A stretch of DNA of 64,000 bases from Methanobacteriota archaeon (GCA_020697715.1 JAEHCO010000001.1:480001-544000); one strand, 5' to 3'; numbered from the stretch's first letter, positions 19,173 through 30,384 are shown. Notes: generated from the letters alone by a model not told the origin. Program-made: numbers and translations.

Positions 19173-19813
19173 TTTTACTGTCTGGTGGCCTGGATTCGGG
19201 CACTTGTGCGGCTATCGCGAAGGCCGCGGATCATGATATAATAGCGCTTTCTTTCGACTATGGAAGCCGGCACAGCAAGGAAATTGACAATGCGAGACGC
19301 ATTGTCCAACATCTTGGAATTCAGGAGCATATCATCATGCCACTGGCTCTCGGCAAATTTGGAGGTTCATCGCTTGTTGATGAATCCATGAAGCTGGGTG
19401 ATGGAGAAGAGATCCCGAATACCTATGTGCCTGCCCGCAACACTGTTTTTCTTTCGATCGCACTGGCACTGGCCGAGGCTCGCGGGGCGGATGTCATCTA
19501 CATCGGAGCCAATGCCGTGGATTATTCAGGATATCCCGATTGCCGCCCGGAATTCATCAAGGCCTTTGAAGAGACAGGCCGCCTCGGGACAAAAAGAGGC
19601 GTCGAAGGCAACCCGATCAAGATACTGGCTCCTCTTATCAGCATGACGAAAGCGGAGATAATCAAGCAGGGTAAGTCGCTTGATTTTCCTTATGAATTGA
19701 CATGGAGCTGTTATGCTGGCGGTGAACTGGCATGCGGGAAATGTGACTCATGTTTATTGAGATTGAAGGGGTTTAAGGAGGCGGGTTTTGATGATCCGAT
19801 CGAATATGAATAG
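19157..19813 (+). CDS. queC: 7-cyano-7-deazaguanine synthase
   Basis: LSGGLDS, TYVPARN, YSGYPDCRPEF, TWSCY...CGKCDSCLLR. Confidence 0.95.
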   Translation: MGKAIILLSGGLDSGTCAAIAKAADHDIIALSFDYGSRHSKEIDNARRIVQHLGIQEHIIMPLALGKFGGSSLVDESMKLGDGEEIPNTYVPARNTVFLSIALALAEARGADVIYIGANAVDYSGYPDCRPEFIKAFEETGRLGTKRGVEGNPIKILAPLISMTKAEIIKQGKSLDFPYELTWSCYAGGELACGKCDSCLLRLKGFKEAGFDDPIEYE

Positions 19814-20261
19814 CTCGATAAGAAAGGCAGGGCCAGAAGATATAGATGCCATTGTCCAGATAACCAAGGAAAATAATCATTTCTGGACTCCGGCGGTAGA
19901 TGGGGTCCAGGGACTGTCCAGACTTATGGAAAGAGATTCCAATATCTTATTGGTGGCCGAGGATCCAGAGGGGGATATATTAGGATTCATTATCGGAGCG
20001 TGGGATGGCGCAAGGGCCATGTTGACAAAGCTTTCCGTGAGACCCGGTATTCAAAAACAGGGTATTGGGACAATGCTCGTGAACGGAGCGGTGGAGGAAT
20101 TGAAAGGCATGGGGGCACCGACGGTCGGCGTCCTTGCGGCGGATGGAACCCGGCCGGATGAAGAGGAAAATGATAGCACTGGCTTTTGGAGCAAGGTGGG
20201 ATTCGAATATATACCAGCCAGACTTATGATAAAATTTGACATTCAGGAGGAAAAAGCGTGA
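19806..20261 (+). CDS. GNAT-family acetyltransferase inside the que operon
   Basis: IRKAGPED, LSVRPGIQKQGIGTML, FWSKVGF. Overlaps both queC and queE. Confidence 0.85.
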   Translation: MNSSIRKAGPEDIDAIVQITKENNHFWTPAVDGVQGLSRLMERDSNILLVAEDPEGDILGFIIGAWDGARAMLTKLSVRPGIQKQGIGTMLVNGAVEELKGMGAPTVGVLAADGTRPDEEENDSTGFWSKVGFEYIPARLMIKFDIQEEKA

Positions 20262-20887
20262 AGATAAACGAGATATTCTACAGTCTGCAGGGCGAGGGAT
20301 TGACAATGGGCATACCGACTGCCTTCGTGAGACTGACTGGCTGCAATCTTAGATGCGATTGGTGCGACACCCTTTTCGCCTATGATGAGGGGGAAGAGAT
20401 GACTATCCAGGAGATAATCGAAACTGTTGAGGACATGGGAACTCAACAGGTGTGTGTCACTGGTGGTGAACCTCTCATCCAGAAAGATACCATCGATCTT
20501 ATCGAGAAGATGATCGAACAGGGTTTCTTCATCGTGCTGGAGACCAATGGCTCTCAGAATCTGGAGACATTGCCATGCTCGGATAATTTCATGATAAGCA
20601 TGGACATGAAATGCCCTTCTTCGGGGATGGAGGAGAAAATGCTGGACTCCAATATCGAATTACTGGGGCCTACAGATCAGCTGAAGTTCGTGATAGCTGA
20701 TAAGAAAGATTACAAACATGCACTTTCTGTCATGAAGGACAATGAGCCAGTATGCAATATCATCATGACCCCGGTCTTTGGCACATGCATGAGATCATTA
20801 TCTGATTGGGTTCTTGGGGACAAGCTGGATGTCCGGGTTTTGCCACAATTACATAAGTTAATATGGGGCAACGAGCGAGGACGGTAA
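20258..20887 (+). CDS. queE: 7-carboxy-7-deazaguanine synthase (radical SAM)
   Basis: EIFYSLQGEG, FVRLTGCNLRCDWCDT, TGGEP, ETNG, LPQLHK. Confidence 0.93.
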   Translation: MKINEIFYSLQGEGLTMGIPTAFVRLTGCNLRCDWCDTLFAYDEGEEMTIQEIIETVEDMGTQQVCVTGGEPLIQKDTIDLIEKMIEQGFFIVLETNGSQNLETLPCSDNFMISMDMKCPSSGMEEKMLDSNIELLGPTDQLKFVIADKKDYKHALSVMKDNEPVCNIIMTPVFGTCMRSLSDWVLGDKLDVRVLPQLHKLIWGNERGR

Positions 20888-20960
20888 TTCAGTAACTAAC
20901 AAGATCGTTGAGCCATATTTACTTCGATATGGGGAAATGAACGAGGGCGATAATCCAGGA

Positions 20961-21776
20961 TCAAATTCCAACCCAAGCACTACCGATTATCCTTTTCACA
21001 GCCGATATCAATGACAATGCGGCCAGGTAGCTCGTCCTTGGATTCTCGGGGAATGGTAAATTCCTGGTCCAGCACTCGATCTCGCCAGACCGAGCCTTGA
21101 CTATAAGCCGATGAGTGTTCCTCTGTGCTTTGGGATCGACGATCAACTTCACTCTTGTGCGATCGAATCCCAGGCCAGCTAAGCTCACTGTGGCTGCCAC
21201 ATTCACATTCTTTGGAAAATGCTTGACCGCGTCCCTCGCCCAGCCATCATACACGACCTTCGGCCTGCTCAGGTTGGTTATATCGATATTGTTCTGCTTG
21301 AAATATTTCTGACCCTTGAGGGCTTTTGGTGATTTGTAGGACATGAGGATGACTTCCTCTATCTCGCCCACATCCAATCCGCCAAGACCACCAAGACCAT
21401 CTATCCCGCATATAGCTCCGGAGGGTATGTATATTTTGCAATTATTCTGCTTGGCCAGTATCTTGCATTTATCCCACAGATTGTCATCCGAAAAGGCTCC
21501 GACACTCATGACAAGGGAGCTCACGCCTTTCTCCAGAGCGTGTGGGATGAATTTGGTAACCGCATCTTGGGCTGCTGTTTCCACCACCAATCGGCAATCT
21601 TCCAGCACGTCATCATAATTCTCACTATATCGGATCTTGGTGAGATCTTCATCCAGATCCTGAACCTTCTCTGGTTTCTTCTCAATAATGAATATATTAT
21701 TGATATCATCCATTTCATGGAGAGCCTTGGCCAGTGTTCTCCCGATCGAACCGAAGCCTATTATGCAGATATTCAT
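20961..21776 (-). CDS. nadX: L-aspartate dehydrogenase
   Basis: IGFGSIG, SVGAF, IPSGAICGIDG, FPKNVNVAA, NTHR, NPRTSYLA. Confidence 0.9.
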   Translation of the reverse strand: MNICIIGFGSIGRTLAKALHEMDDINNIFIIEKKPEKVQDLDEDLTKIRYSENYDDVLEDCRLVVETAAQDAVTKFIPHALEKGVSSLVMSVGAFSDDNLWDKCKILAKQNNCKIYIPSGAICGIDGLGGLGGLDVGEIEEVILMSYKSPKALKGQKYFKQNNIDITNLSRPKVVYDGWARDAVKHFPKNVNVAATVSLAGLGFDRTRVKLIVDPKAQRNTHRLIVKARSGEIECWTRNLPFPENPRTSYLAALSLISAVKRIIGSAWVGI

Positions 21777-21968
21777 GGTATCGGGCAGGATTAAGTGGTC
21801 AAGGATTTAAAGATAACGATGGGGTTGAGTCGTTTGATATAACAATACATAATGCGTGTAAGAAATATATATATTATAGAAAGAGATACAAGAAAAAATC
21901 ATGTTATTTTCTGGCCATATTCACATCATATGCCAGGGAGTACATATGTTAAGAGGACGTGACATATC

Positions 21969-24900
21969 ATGGGAAGTGGAAGTGAAACAATTATGCCAAG
22001 CAATGCAAAGAAGGGTATATCGATAATTCTGGTTTTTTTATTAGTGATGTCTACTTTTGCAGGACTTTTGCCACTCGTATCCAATAATGTGAGCGCCATT
22101 ACATTGGTGGTGGATCCCAGTACTGGGTTTGATTACGATACTATCCAAGCGGCGATAGATGTGGCCAATAATGGAGATATTATCTTTGTGAAGAGCAATG
22201 GTGACACCCCCTATGATGAGATCTTGACAGTGGACAAGAGCGTCACGATCATCGGTGAGAATCCATTGAACACGACGGTTGCTGGTGATGGCTCTGACGC
22301 TGTGATCACTATTCAGGCAGGCATAAATAATGTGAATATCTCCGGACTTAGAATATGCCATTATGGTACTCATGGAGGTAATGGAGGTATATCTATCTTC
22401 CAGGCTGAAAATGTCACCATAGAAAATTGTATAATAAACAATACGAATAGTGGAATATACCCATATCAATCCTCATGGGTCACAATTGAGAACAATACAA
22501 TATCAGACTGTGATTATGGTCTATATTGTCTAGAATCAGATTACCTCGCTATTAGTAGGAATGATATATCAGATAATGGTGAGGGAATATACTTGAGTCT
22601 CGCCAGCCACACTGTGGTCAACTACAATATTATAGATAATAATCCCGATGGGATCATTCTGGCAGATCTTACCGACACCTTGTTCCAACTCAATCAAATA
22701 TCAAATAGCACAACTGGACTTGATCTACAATCTGGTGTATTTCAGGTATCTTCTACTTCTTTCCACCACAATAATTTCTTTGACAATACAAATGATGTGC
22801 TCAATGCCTTCAATAGTGACACTACTTGGTCAGACGGCTTTGAGGGCAATTTCTGGGATTCATATGCAGGGACAGATATGAATGGTGATGCTGTCGGAGA
22901 AACATCACATCCACTCGGCGCTACCAATGGAGCGTATGGGGATCAACACTCACTGGTCACACCAGCCACAACCCGTGTTAGGAATACAGAAACTGGAGAA
23001 GAATTCCTGTACATCCAGGAAGCGGTTGATGATGATGACACATTAACCGGACACACGATCCTTGTCACCAACTGGTCTGTCGAGCAATATCCGAATTGGA
23101 CGCATCATGAGAATGTGGATGTTCACAAGGGTGTGAATATCATAGGAGAGGACAGGGATACCACAATTGTCGACGGCTATGGTGCTGGCTCTGTCTTGAA
23201 ACTCACAGCAGATGGAGTGGATGTATCACAGCTCACTGTCCAGAATGCTGGCTCGGCAACAGATGAGGATGCCGGCATTTTGATAAATGCAGACCTGTGC
23301 AGTGTTCGGAATGTGACCAGTGTGTTCAATGCAGTGAATGGAATTGCAATATCATACAGCAATTACAGCACAATTGGGTACAACATAATTAGTAAAAATA
23401 TGAAGAACGGCATTCTTCTGGAATATTCTGAGAATTGCACGGTCATTGCCAATCAAGTACTGGACAATGTCTTGACCGGAATTTACTCTCATGATTGTTC
23501 TAATAATATCATAACTGGAAATCAGATCGAGGATGTCGATATGTGGTCGGAGCCAGTACAGGATGGATTGGTGGCCGAGTGGAGGATGGACGAAATCTTC
23601 TGGAATGGCACTACTGGAGAGGTTATAGACTCCTCTGGAAATGGACATGACGGCACATCATTAAATGGTACCAATACTACTTCTCTAGGCAAATATGGCC
23701 GTGCTGGAGAGTTCGATGGTGTGAATAATTCCATATTCGTACCTTATGACCCGGCTTTCAATGTGACAGAGTTTACCTTGGAAGCATGGATCAAACTTGA
23801 TAAAATAGGTATAAATCAGGAAATAATTTCCAGATCTGCAGATGGCGATCCAGAATGTTCAAATTATTGGCTCACTATTACTCCGGGTAATAATGTACAG
23901 CTATTCTATGAATATGGCACAGGATCTGATTGCAAGCTCACATCTATAACAACACTGGAAGTTGATAGGTGGTATCATGTTGTGGCCACTCAAAGTAATA
24001 AACTATCCCGAATTTATATAGATGGGCATTTTGATAATGAAAAATTACAACTAAGTGATCCTGAACCAACTGCGGACAGGGATATTTACATTGGTAGAAG
24101 GAATCCCCCCAGTCTTAATATGCTCAATGGCAGCATTGACGAGGTTCGAATATACAACCGAGCACTTGGTCAGTCCGAGGCCAAGTTAAATTATGGCATC
24201 AGTGGCTCTCAAGCTGGCCTTTTGATATCTGAGGATGATAATACAATAATAGACAACAATATTATCAGCTCAAACATCGGTTCCGGCATCATATCAAGAG
24301 GGTGCGATGGTCTCCTAATCAAGAACAACACAATAACTGAAAATATCAATTTAGACTCTGGTGAGCTCCCAATAGATGACGGACTGGTTGCACATTATAA
24401 GATGGATGAAGATTTTTCCAACATCGTGAACTATAATCCCGATACGATTAAAGACTCATCTGGCTATGGGAATCACGCAATTAATGTAGATGTTGATACA
24501 ACAATAGGGATATACAATGGAGCGGGAAATTTTGATGGCTTCGGCGATTATTTGATTGCTCCTGATTCATCCATCCTGGACCTTATTGACAATTTCACGG
24601 TGTCAGCGTGGATCAATGTGGACACATTCACCTGGTTGGGAGGTATAGTTGGCAAATACCAAAACTCTGGTGCGGATGGTTTCACTTTCCGTCTGAGTCC
24701 TACCGCTCCCTACAATACTATAAGTTTCTGCGGGTTTGAGGGATCCGTCACCCTTTCCACTGATACATGGTATTATGTTACTGGTGTGGTGGAGAATGGT
24801 GTATCATCAATTTACATCAATGGAATAAAGGACAGCTCTGGCCCGGCAGGTGACCTGCAAGCGAATGACAACGATGTGAGTATAGGCGCGGACTATCTTT

Positions 24901-27900
24901 CCACCCCCAGGTACTTTGACGGCAGAATTGACGAGGTCAGGATATATAATCGTGTTCTGGATGAAGCCGAGCTCCTCTTTAATTCCAATTGGATTGCGGC
25001 AGGTCTAGCGGTATCAGATAATCAGGGCTGCATAATAGATGGAAACAATATCTCTTCTAACAATGGTGACGGCATAAGGTCAATAGATAACAGTAATTGC
25101 TACATAACCAACAACACAGTTGATGATAATGGTGAGAATGGCATATATCTGGAAACATGTGATAATATAACCATCGCAGGTAATTCGGCCAGCTACAATG
25201 GTATAGATGGTATCTACATGTACGACCACAATGAATATTGCAATATAATTGACAATACATTGAACCACAATGGCTATGATAATCCTTTCGAAGTAGGCCG
25301 AGGTATTTGGCTAAGTTCATACTGTAATTACAATACCATAACAGGTAATACGGCCGATCATAATGAAATGGAGGGCATATTCCTGTATAATAACTGCGAC
25401 CATAATACGATCTCGTACAATACCTTTGACCATACCACTGCCCATCATGGCGTATACTTATACACATACAGCAATTATAATCTGATTACCAATAACTCTG
25501 CCAGATCTAATAATAAAGATGGAATAGTGGTAGAAACAGGATCAGATCATAACACCATTGTGGGTAACACAGTTGCCAAGAATGGTCACGTAGGTGTGAA
25601 TATGATTTCATCTAATTACAATCAGATCTATCACAATAATATAATGAACAACAATATTCAGGCAGCGGATGATACGGGAAATAATATCTGGAACTTACCA
25701 TACCCTGATGGTGGGAATTACTGGAGTGATTGGAACACACCAGATATGGACATGAATGGGTTCGTGGATATGCCATATGATGTTGGCAGTATACCTATCG
25801 GATCAGTATATTACGAATACTTCAGTGATGCTATCGGTCCAGAATGGTCAGTCTACAGTTCGACGACAGACGGTGTCAATGAGATCAACCCTGCCCCTAT
25901 TATGGCTAATGATGGTCCCGCATGGTCCCAGAGCTCATCGAGCGGTACTATGAACCTTAATGAATTGATATTACATGTCGATGTTGAATCTTTTGGATCA
26001 TTACAAGTTGAATTCACGTGCTATGTTGGAGAAGTTCCTTATCCCATGCCAGATAGCTTCACGGACCATTCCAATAGTGATGGTATCGCAGTTAGTAATG
26101 ATGGTGTCAATTGGTACAAAGCATGGTCACCTACAACAGCCGGATTTTATGATTCAAAAACAGCATTCCTTGGAGCTATCCCTGGTTTTTCACCAGACGG
26201 TGATGTTTACATCAAGTTCCAGCGATATGGATCCTCCAATTTCCCTAATGGTAAGGAATGGGATACTATCAGTCTAACATCGGATAATAGTATATCCAAG
26301 CTGATAGAGGATAAATATCCCTTTGCTAATATGAATGGATGGTCAGAGATGGCCAATTGGAAATTAAATCAGGTTGGCGGTCAGGATGTGCCTGATAGCA
26401 GTGTGAGCGGCAATGATGGAACACTGGGTGCTGATGATGCAGTTGCTTCTGACGATCCCGTATGGCTTATAGGAATATCAGGCACTGCCTTGAAATTCGA
26501 TGGCGTGAACGATCTGGTGAATGTACCAAACACCATATCACCACCATACGAGATAACATTGGAAGCCTGGGTGAACCCAGCTGTGAATAATGTATCCCTT
26601 CCAGATCAGATGATCATCTGCAAAGAGGATGTATCCACAAACAGTAAGGCATGGAGTCTATCTTTGAATGGCACAGCGGCACTCGGTGTCAATACGACCG
26701 TTGGCGAGTCCATTGTCAGATCCACGACACTATTGGACATCAATACCTGGTATCACATCATCGGAACCTATGATGGAAGTAAATTGAGCATCTATGTGAA
26801 TGGAATTCTCGAGAATTCCATTCCCCATTCTGGAGATCTCAATACAGACATTCTCGAGACCTCTATAGGTCATCTACCGGGCGCTTCAGGCATGGATAGC
26901 TACTTCAGTGGCACGATAGATGAAGCCAGAATTCTCAATAAGGCTTTGACATGCTCCGAGGTAGGAACACGATATGATTCCTTTGTAGGCATGATGGAAT
27001 CATCCTGGCCAATGTTCCAGCACGATGTGGAGCACACTGGTCTTAGCCCGGTAAATACCAGTCACATTGACGGTACCGTGCTGTGGAGCTACAGCACAGG
27101 AGGCGATGTTTATTCTTCACCTTCTATTGCTGTTGATGGCACTATCTATTTCGGATCTTATGATGACAAGATATATGCATTGGATCCAGATGGCACAATG
27201 AAATGGGATTTCGATACTGGATTTGATGTACATTCGACCCCAGTTATTGGCGTAGAGGGCTCCCTGTATTTTGGTGCTGGTGATACATTCTACGGTGTAT
27301 TATCGGATGGAGTTGAGAAATGGAATTACCCTGCTGGTGGTACTATATGGACATCTCCAGCTCTGGGGAAGGATGGCACTCTTTATTTTGGAACGGATTC
27401 CAGTGACTTGATCGCTCTTCTTCCAGATGGTGTTGAGAAATGGACCTACCCAGCCAGTGGAACCATACGCAGTTCGCCAACCATTGACGAAGATGGTAAT
27501 ATCTACTTTGGAGCTGGTACCACACTCACCTCACTTGATCCAGATGGCGCATTGAATTGGGCTTATTCGGCAGGTAATACGGTCAGTGGTTCACCCACAA
27601 TTGATGAAGATGGTAGGATACTATTTGGCTCATGGAATAACAATTTATATTGCCTGAATCCGAATGGAACACTTCATTGGAGTTATACTGCAGGGGCCCA
27701 GATAGACAAATCTCCTGCTATTGGCCCTGATGGTGATATCTACTTCGGATCACGTGATAACAATCTCACCTGCCTCTATCCTAATGGGACATTCAATTGG
27801 AATTTCATGACTGGAAATTGGGTATATTCATCACCAGCTATTGGTAGTGATGGAACGATATACATTGGTTCAAATGACGATCATATCTACGCTCTGAACC

Positions 27901-29942
27901 CCAATGGCACCGAAAAATGGAGATACAATATCGGCAGTGATGTCACCTCTCCAGCTATTGGAGATGATGGAACCATATATGTCGGATCATCAAATGGCGA
28001 TCTATACGCTTTCGGAGAGGGAGCTGCACCTCAGATAATCAATGTTCAAGCCATGCCAGATCCTCAAGAATCTGGAGGCAGTGTGAGTATCCAGGCAGAT
28101 GTTACTGACAACTATGAGATGGGCGATGTCTGGATCAATATAACATATCCTGATTCATCATCTATCAATAGGACAATGTCTGCTGGAACATCCCCGGCCT
28201 TTTCCTACACTTCCAATTATATTGTTCCTGGAACATATGATTACACCATCGGATCTACGGATCATTTCTGCAATCTTGGCCTGAGTACTGGACATACCTT
28301 CGTGATTCAAGATACCACACCACCTGAATTTGAAGATGTAATGTCCATCCCTGAACTACAGGTCGCGGGCAATAGCATCAATGTGTCTGTGAATGTAACT
28401 GATATACATGCAGTTGGTGGAGCCTGGATCAATATCACTTATCCAGATGGAACATATGTGAATCAGACAATGACAATGGGAGACACTCCCGGATATTACC
28501 ACCACCCAGATACCAACTACACACTTGCTGGCACATATGCTTATTCTATATATGCGGAAGATGCCTCAGGTAATGGAAATATAAGTGATAATCACACTTT
28601 TTTCATATCCTCTGGAGAATGTGCATATATCGTGATGGGGGCCGCGACATCATCCGTGATAGCTGGCACATCATTTATTGTCAATGTAACGGCATTTGAT
28701 GAGTTTGACAATGTGGTCCTCGATTACAATGGCACCTTGGCCTTCACTAGCACGGACACACTCGCGGATCTTCCGACAGACTACATCTTTAACTCGACCG
28801 ATAATGGAACCGCAAGTTTCTCAGTGACCCTATACACAGCAGGTAGTGCGGACCTAACCGTTCTAAGTGGCACATACACAGATATGGCCACCTTCGATAT
28901 TGCTCCAGCAGGTCTGGCAACCCTCGTCATAACACCAGCGGTCTTTGTGATGTACGAGGCAAGTGGCCCGGCTGAGATCTACTCGGCCGCGGGTTATGAC
29001 CTCTACAATAATATTGTGTCATTCACACCCCAGTGGTCTGTTTCAACCGATGATATAGGTTCGATAGTGTCAAGCACCGGTGTCTTTGTACCTTCAAATA
29101 TAGTCAGCACAGGATATGTCATATGTACGGATCCGGTCTCTGGAGTTCAGGCCACAACGTCCGTATCTATCGTGGATTCCGTATCTCCAGTGATAGTCGG
29201 AATAGCAGATATCGAATTGTTCAATTGGGAGACAGCCAATCTTTCCGCATACCAATGCTATGATAATGTCTCAACTCTGCTGACATATATCTGGGAAATT
29301 GATGTGATCGGAAATCTAACAGATATGAATATCACTGCGATCATGGATGTTCCAGGCATCTATAATGTGACATTGTGGGTGATGGATGGATCAGAAAACT
29401 ATGCTAAGCGCTCATTCAATATAACTATCCTGATGGACACGGATGAAGATTCAATAGCAGACACCGAAGATGATGACATTGACGGTGACGGTTTGTCAAA
29501 TGTCTGGGAAACCGATAATGGTCTGGATCCATACAATGCGGCTGACGCATCTTCAGATCCAGATAGCGATGGCCTGACCAATATCCAGGAGTTTGACCTA
29601 GGAACCGATCCAGCTAATGCAGATACTGATGGTGATGGCTACTCTGATGGAGATGAAATTGCAAATGGTAAAGATCCATTGGACCCACATGATCATGATC
29701 CACCATACATGTTGTACGGTCTGCTGATTGTGATACTTATCATCATAGCGATAATTTCCGCGATATACATCCCGAAAAAATTAAAGGCCAAGGCAGCTGC
29801 GAAGGAGACGGAGATCGTTAACAGGACGGAGGAGAAGGATCTATTGGAGACTGTTCCGAAGGAGCCAGTAGCTCCTCCGATGGATGATGTTCCTGAGATC
29901 GCCGAGACAGCGAGGCCGGATGACTGGAAACCTCCTGAATAG
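21969..29942 (+). CDS. Giant surface protein: NosD/right-handed beta-helix, 3 LamG domains, PQQ-like beta-propeller, Ig/PKD, Ca-binding DxDxDG repeats, TM anchor
   Basis: Signal peptide, TIQAAID, GNFWDSY and GGNYWSD. LamG motifs (GLVAEW..DE, FDG, WYHV, GSIDEVRIYNRAL), SSPAIG.DGTIY.GS repeats, DTDGDG, C-terminal TM. Confidence 0.88.
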   Translation: MGSGSETIMPSNAKKGISIILVFLLVMSTFAGLLPLVSNNVSAITLVVDPSTGFDYDTIQAAIDVANNGDIIFVKSNGDTPYDEILTVDKSVTIIGENPLNTTVAGDGSDAVITIQAGINNVNISGLRICHYGTHGGNGGISIFQAENVTIENCIINNTNSGIYPYQSSWVTIENNTISDCDYGLYCLESDYLAISRNDISDNGEGIYLSLASHTVVNYNIIDNNPDGIILADLTDTLFQLNQISNSTTGLDLQSGVFQVSSTSFHHNNFFDNTNDVLNAFNSDTTWSDGFEGNFWDSYAGTDMNGDAVGETSHPLGATNGAYGDQHSLVTPATTRVRNTETGEEFLYIQEAVDDDDTLTGHTILVTNWSVEQYPNWTHHENVDVHKGVNIIGEDRDTTIVDGYGAGSVLKLTADGVDVSQLTVQNAGSATDEDAGILINADLCSVRNVTSVFNAVNGIAISYSNYSTIGYNIISKNMKNGILLEYSENCTVIANQVLDNVLTGIYSHDCSNNIITGNQIEDVDMWSEPVQDGLVAEWRMDEIFWNGTTGEVIDSSGNGHDGTSLNGTNTTSLGKYGRAGEFDGVNNSIFVPYDPAFNVTEFTLEAWIKLDKIGINQEIISRSADGDPECSNYWLTITPGNNVQLFYEYGTGSDCKLTSITTLEVDRWYHVVATQSNKLSRIYIDGHFDNEKLQLSDPEPTADRDIYIGRRNPPSLNMLNGSIDEVRIYNRALGQSEAKLNYGISGSQAGLLISEDDNTIIDNNIISSNIGSGIISRGCDGLLIKNNTITENINLDSGELPIDDGLVAHYKMDEDFSNIVNYNPDTIKDSSGYGNHAINVDVDTTIGIYNGAGNFDGFGDYLIAPDSSILDLIDNFTVSAWINVDTFTWLGGIVGKYQNSGADGFTFRLSPTAPYNTISFCGFEGSVTLSTDTWYYVTGVVENGVSSIYINGIKDSSGPAGDLQANDNDVSIGADYLSTPRYFDGRIDEVRIYNRVLDEAELLFNSNWIAAGLAVSDNQGCIIDGNNISSNNGDGIRSIDNSNCYITNNTVDDNGENGIYLETCDNITIAGNSASYNGIDGIYMYDHNEYCNIIDNTLNHNGYDNPFEVGRGIWLSSYCNYNTITGNTADHNEMEGIFLYNNCDHNTISYNTFDHTTAHHGVYLYTYSNYNLITNNSARSNNKDGIVVETGSDHNTIVGNTVAKNGHVGVNMISSNYNQIYHNNIMNNNIQAADDTGNNIWNLPYPDGGNYWSDWNTPDMDMNGFVDMPYDVGSIPIGSVYYEYFSDAIGPEWSVYSSTTDGVNEINPAPIMANDGPAWSQSSSSGTMNLNELILHVDVESFGSLQVEFTCYVGEVPYPMPDSFTDHSNSDGIAVSNDGVNWYKAWSPTTAGFYDSKTAFLGAIPGFSPDGDVYIKFQRYGSSNFPNGKEWDTISLTSDNSISKLIEDKYPFANMNGWSEMANWKLNQVGGQDVPDSSVSGNDGTLGADDAVASDDPVWLIGISGTALKFDGVNDLVNVPNTISPPYEITLEAWVNPAVNNVSLPDQMIICKEDVSTNSKAWSLSLNGTAALGVNTTVGESIVRSTTLLDINTWYHIIGTYDGSKLSIYVNGILENSIPHSGDLNTDILETSIGHLPGASGMDSYFSGTIDEARILNKALTCSEVGTRYDSFVGMMESSWPMFQHDVEHTGLSPVNTSHIDGTVLWSYSTGGDVYSSPSIAVDGTIYFGSYDDKIYALDPDGTMKWDFDTGFDVHSTPVIGVEGSLYFGAGDTFYGVLSDGVEKWNYPAGGTIWTSPALGKDGTLYFGTDSSDLIALLPDGVEKWTYPASGTIRSSPTIDEDGNIYFGAGTTLTSLDPDGALNWAYSAGNTVSGSPTIDEDGRILFGSWNNNLYCLNPNGTLHWSYTAGAQIDKSPAIGPDGDIYFGSRDNNLTCLYPNGTFNWNFMTGNWVYSSPAIGSDGTIYIGSNDDHIYALNPNGTEKWRYNIGSDVTSPAIGDDGTIYVGSSNGDLYAFGEGAAPQIINVQAMPDPQESGGSVSIQADVTDNYEMGDVWINITYPDSSSINRTMSAGTSPAFSYTSNYIVPGTYDYTIGSTDHFCNLGLSTGHTFVIQDTTPPEFEDVMSIPELQVAGNSINVSVNVTDIHAVGGAWINITYPDGTYVNQTMTMGDTPGYYHHPDTNYTLAGTYAYSIYAEDASGNGNISDNHTFFISSGECAYIVMGAATSSVIAGTSFIVNVTAFDEFDNVVLDYNGTLAFTSTDTLADLPTDYIFNSTDNGTASFSVTLYTAGSADLTVLSGTYTDMATFDIAPAGLATLVITPAVFVMYEASGPAEIYSAAGYDLYNNIVSFTPQWSVSTDDIGSIVSSTGVFVPSNIVSTGYVICTDPVSGVQATTSVSIVDSVSPVIVGIADIELFNWETANLSAYQCYDNVSTLLTYIWEIDVIGNLTDMNITAIMDVPGIYNVTLWVMDGSENYAKRSFNITILMDTDEDSIADTEDDDIDGDGLSNVWETDNGLDPYNAADASSDPDSDGLTNIQEFDLGTDPANADTDGDGYSDGDEIANGKDPLDPHDHDPPYMLYGLLIVILIIIAIISAIYIPKKLKAKAAAKETEIVNRTEEKDLLETVPKEPVAPPMDDVPEIAETARPDDWKPPE

Positions 29943-29957
29943 ATAGGAAACATCAAT

Positions 29958-30332
29958 ATGAGATCCCCCTGTATAGAACATGGCTGTATCCAGTGTTGCC
30001 TGGATACCGAGATGCCCCTCTCCGAAATGGACATAAAACGCATCATGGCAATGGGCAATGCGTATGATGATTTTGTAATCGAAATAGATGGCTGGCTGCA
30101 ATTGAGGAACATCGATGGTAGATGCGTTTTCCATGATGGCCGGCTTTGCACCATATACGAGGTTCGGCCAGAAGGGTGTCGAAGCTATCCCCTTCTGTAC
30201 GACGATGATACCGGCGCGGTGCTGGATGACGAATGCCCGCACAATGACAAGATGGAGCCAACAAGCCATGATAAGGACATCGTCATGGCCCTCGTGAGGA
30301 AACTGAAGGATGAGAGAAAACATAGAAGATGA
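29958..30332 (+). CDS. YkgJ-family cysteine cluster protein
   Basis: C..HGC.QCC, RCVF...LCTIYEVRPEGCRSYP. Confidence 0.85.
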   Translation: MRSPCIEHGCIQCCLDTEMPLSEMDIKRIMAMGNAYDDFVIEIDGWLQLRNIDGRCVFHDGRLCTIYEVRPEGCRSYPLLYDDDTGAVLDDECPHNDKMEPTSHDKDIVMALVRKLKDERKHRR

Positions 30333-30384
30333 AAGGAAAAATTGATAATGGCTCGGGGCCATACCGAGTCATTAGTAAAACAAG

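Noticed and set aside
18699-20887. dpd-type 7-deazaguanine DNA modification island
   Set aside because: No dpdA/tgt-like or other dpd genes nearby; archaeosine supply is the simpler explanation.
21382-21399. 9-bp tandem duplication in nadX (GLGGLGGL)
   Set aside because: In-frame micro-duplication with no evident functional consequence.
27060-28010. Periodic repeats that could suggest a CRISPR array or a diversity-generating retroelement target
   Set aside because: They are degenerate protein-level beta-propeller blades; there are no identical DNA repeats and no reverse transcriptase.
29940-29960. TAG in frame with the downstream YkgJ gene (possible amber readthrough)
   Set aside because: Both proteins look complete, and TAG is a common stop in this window, including tuf.
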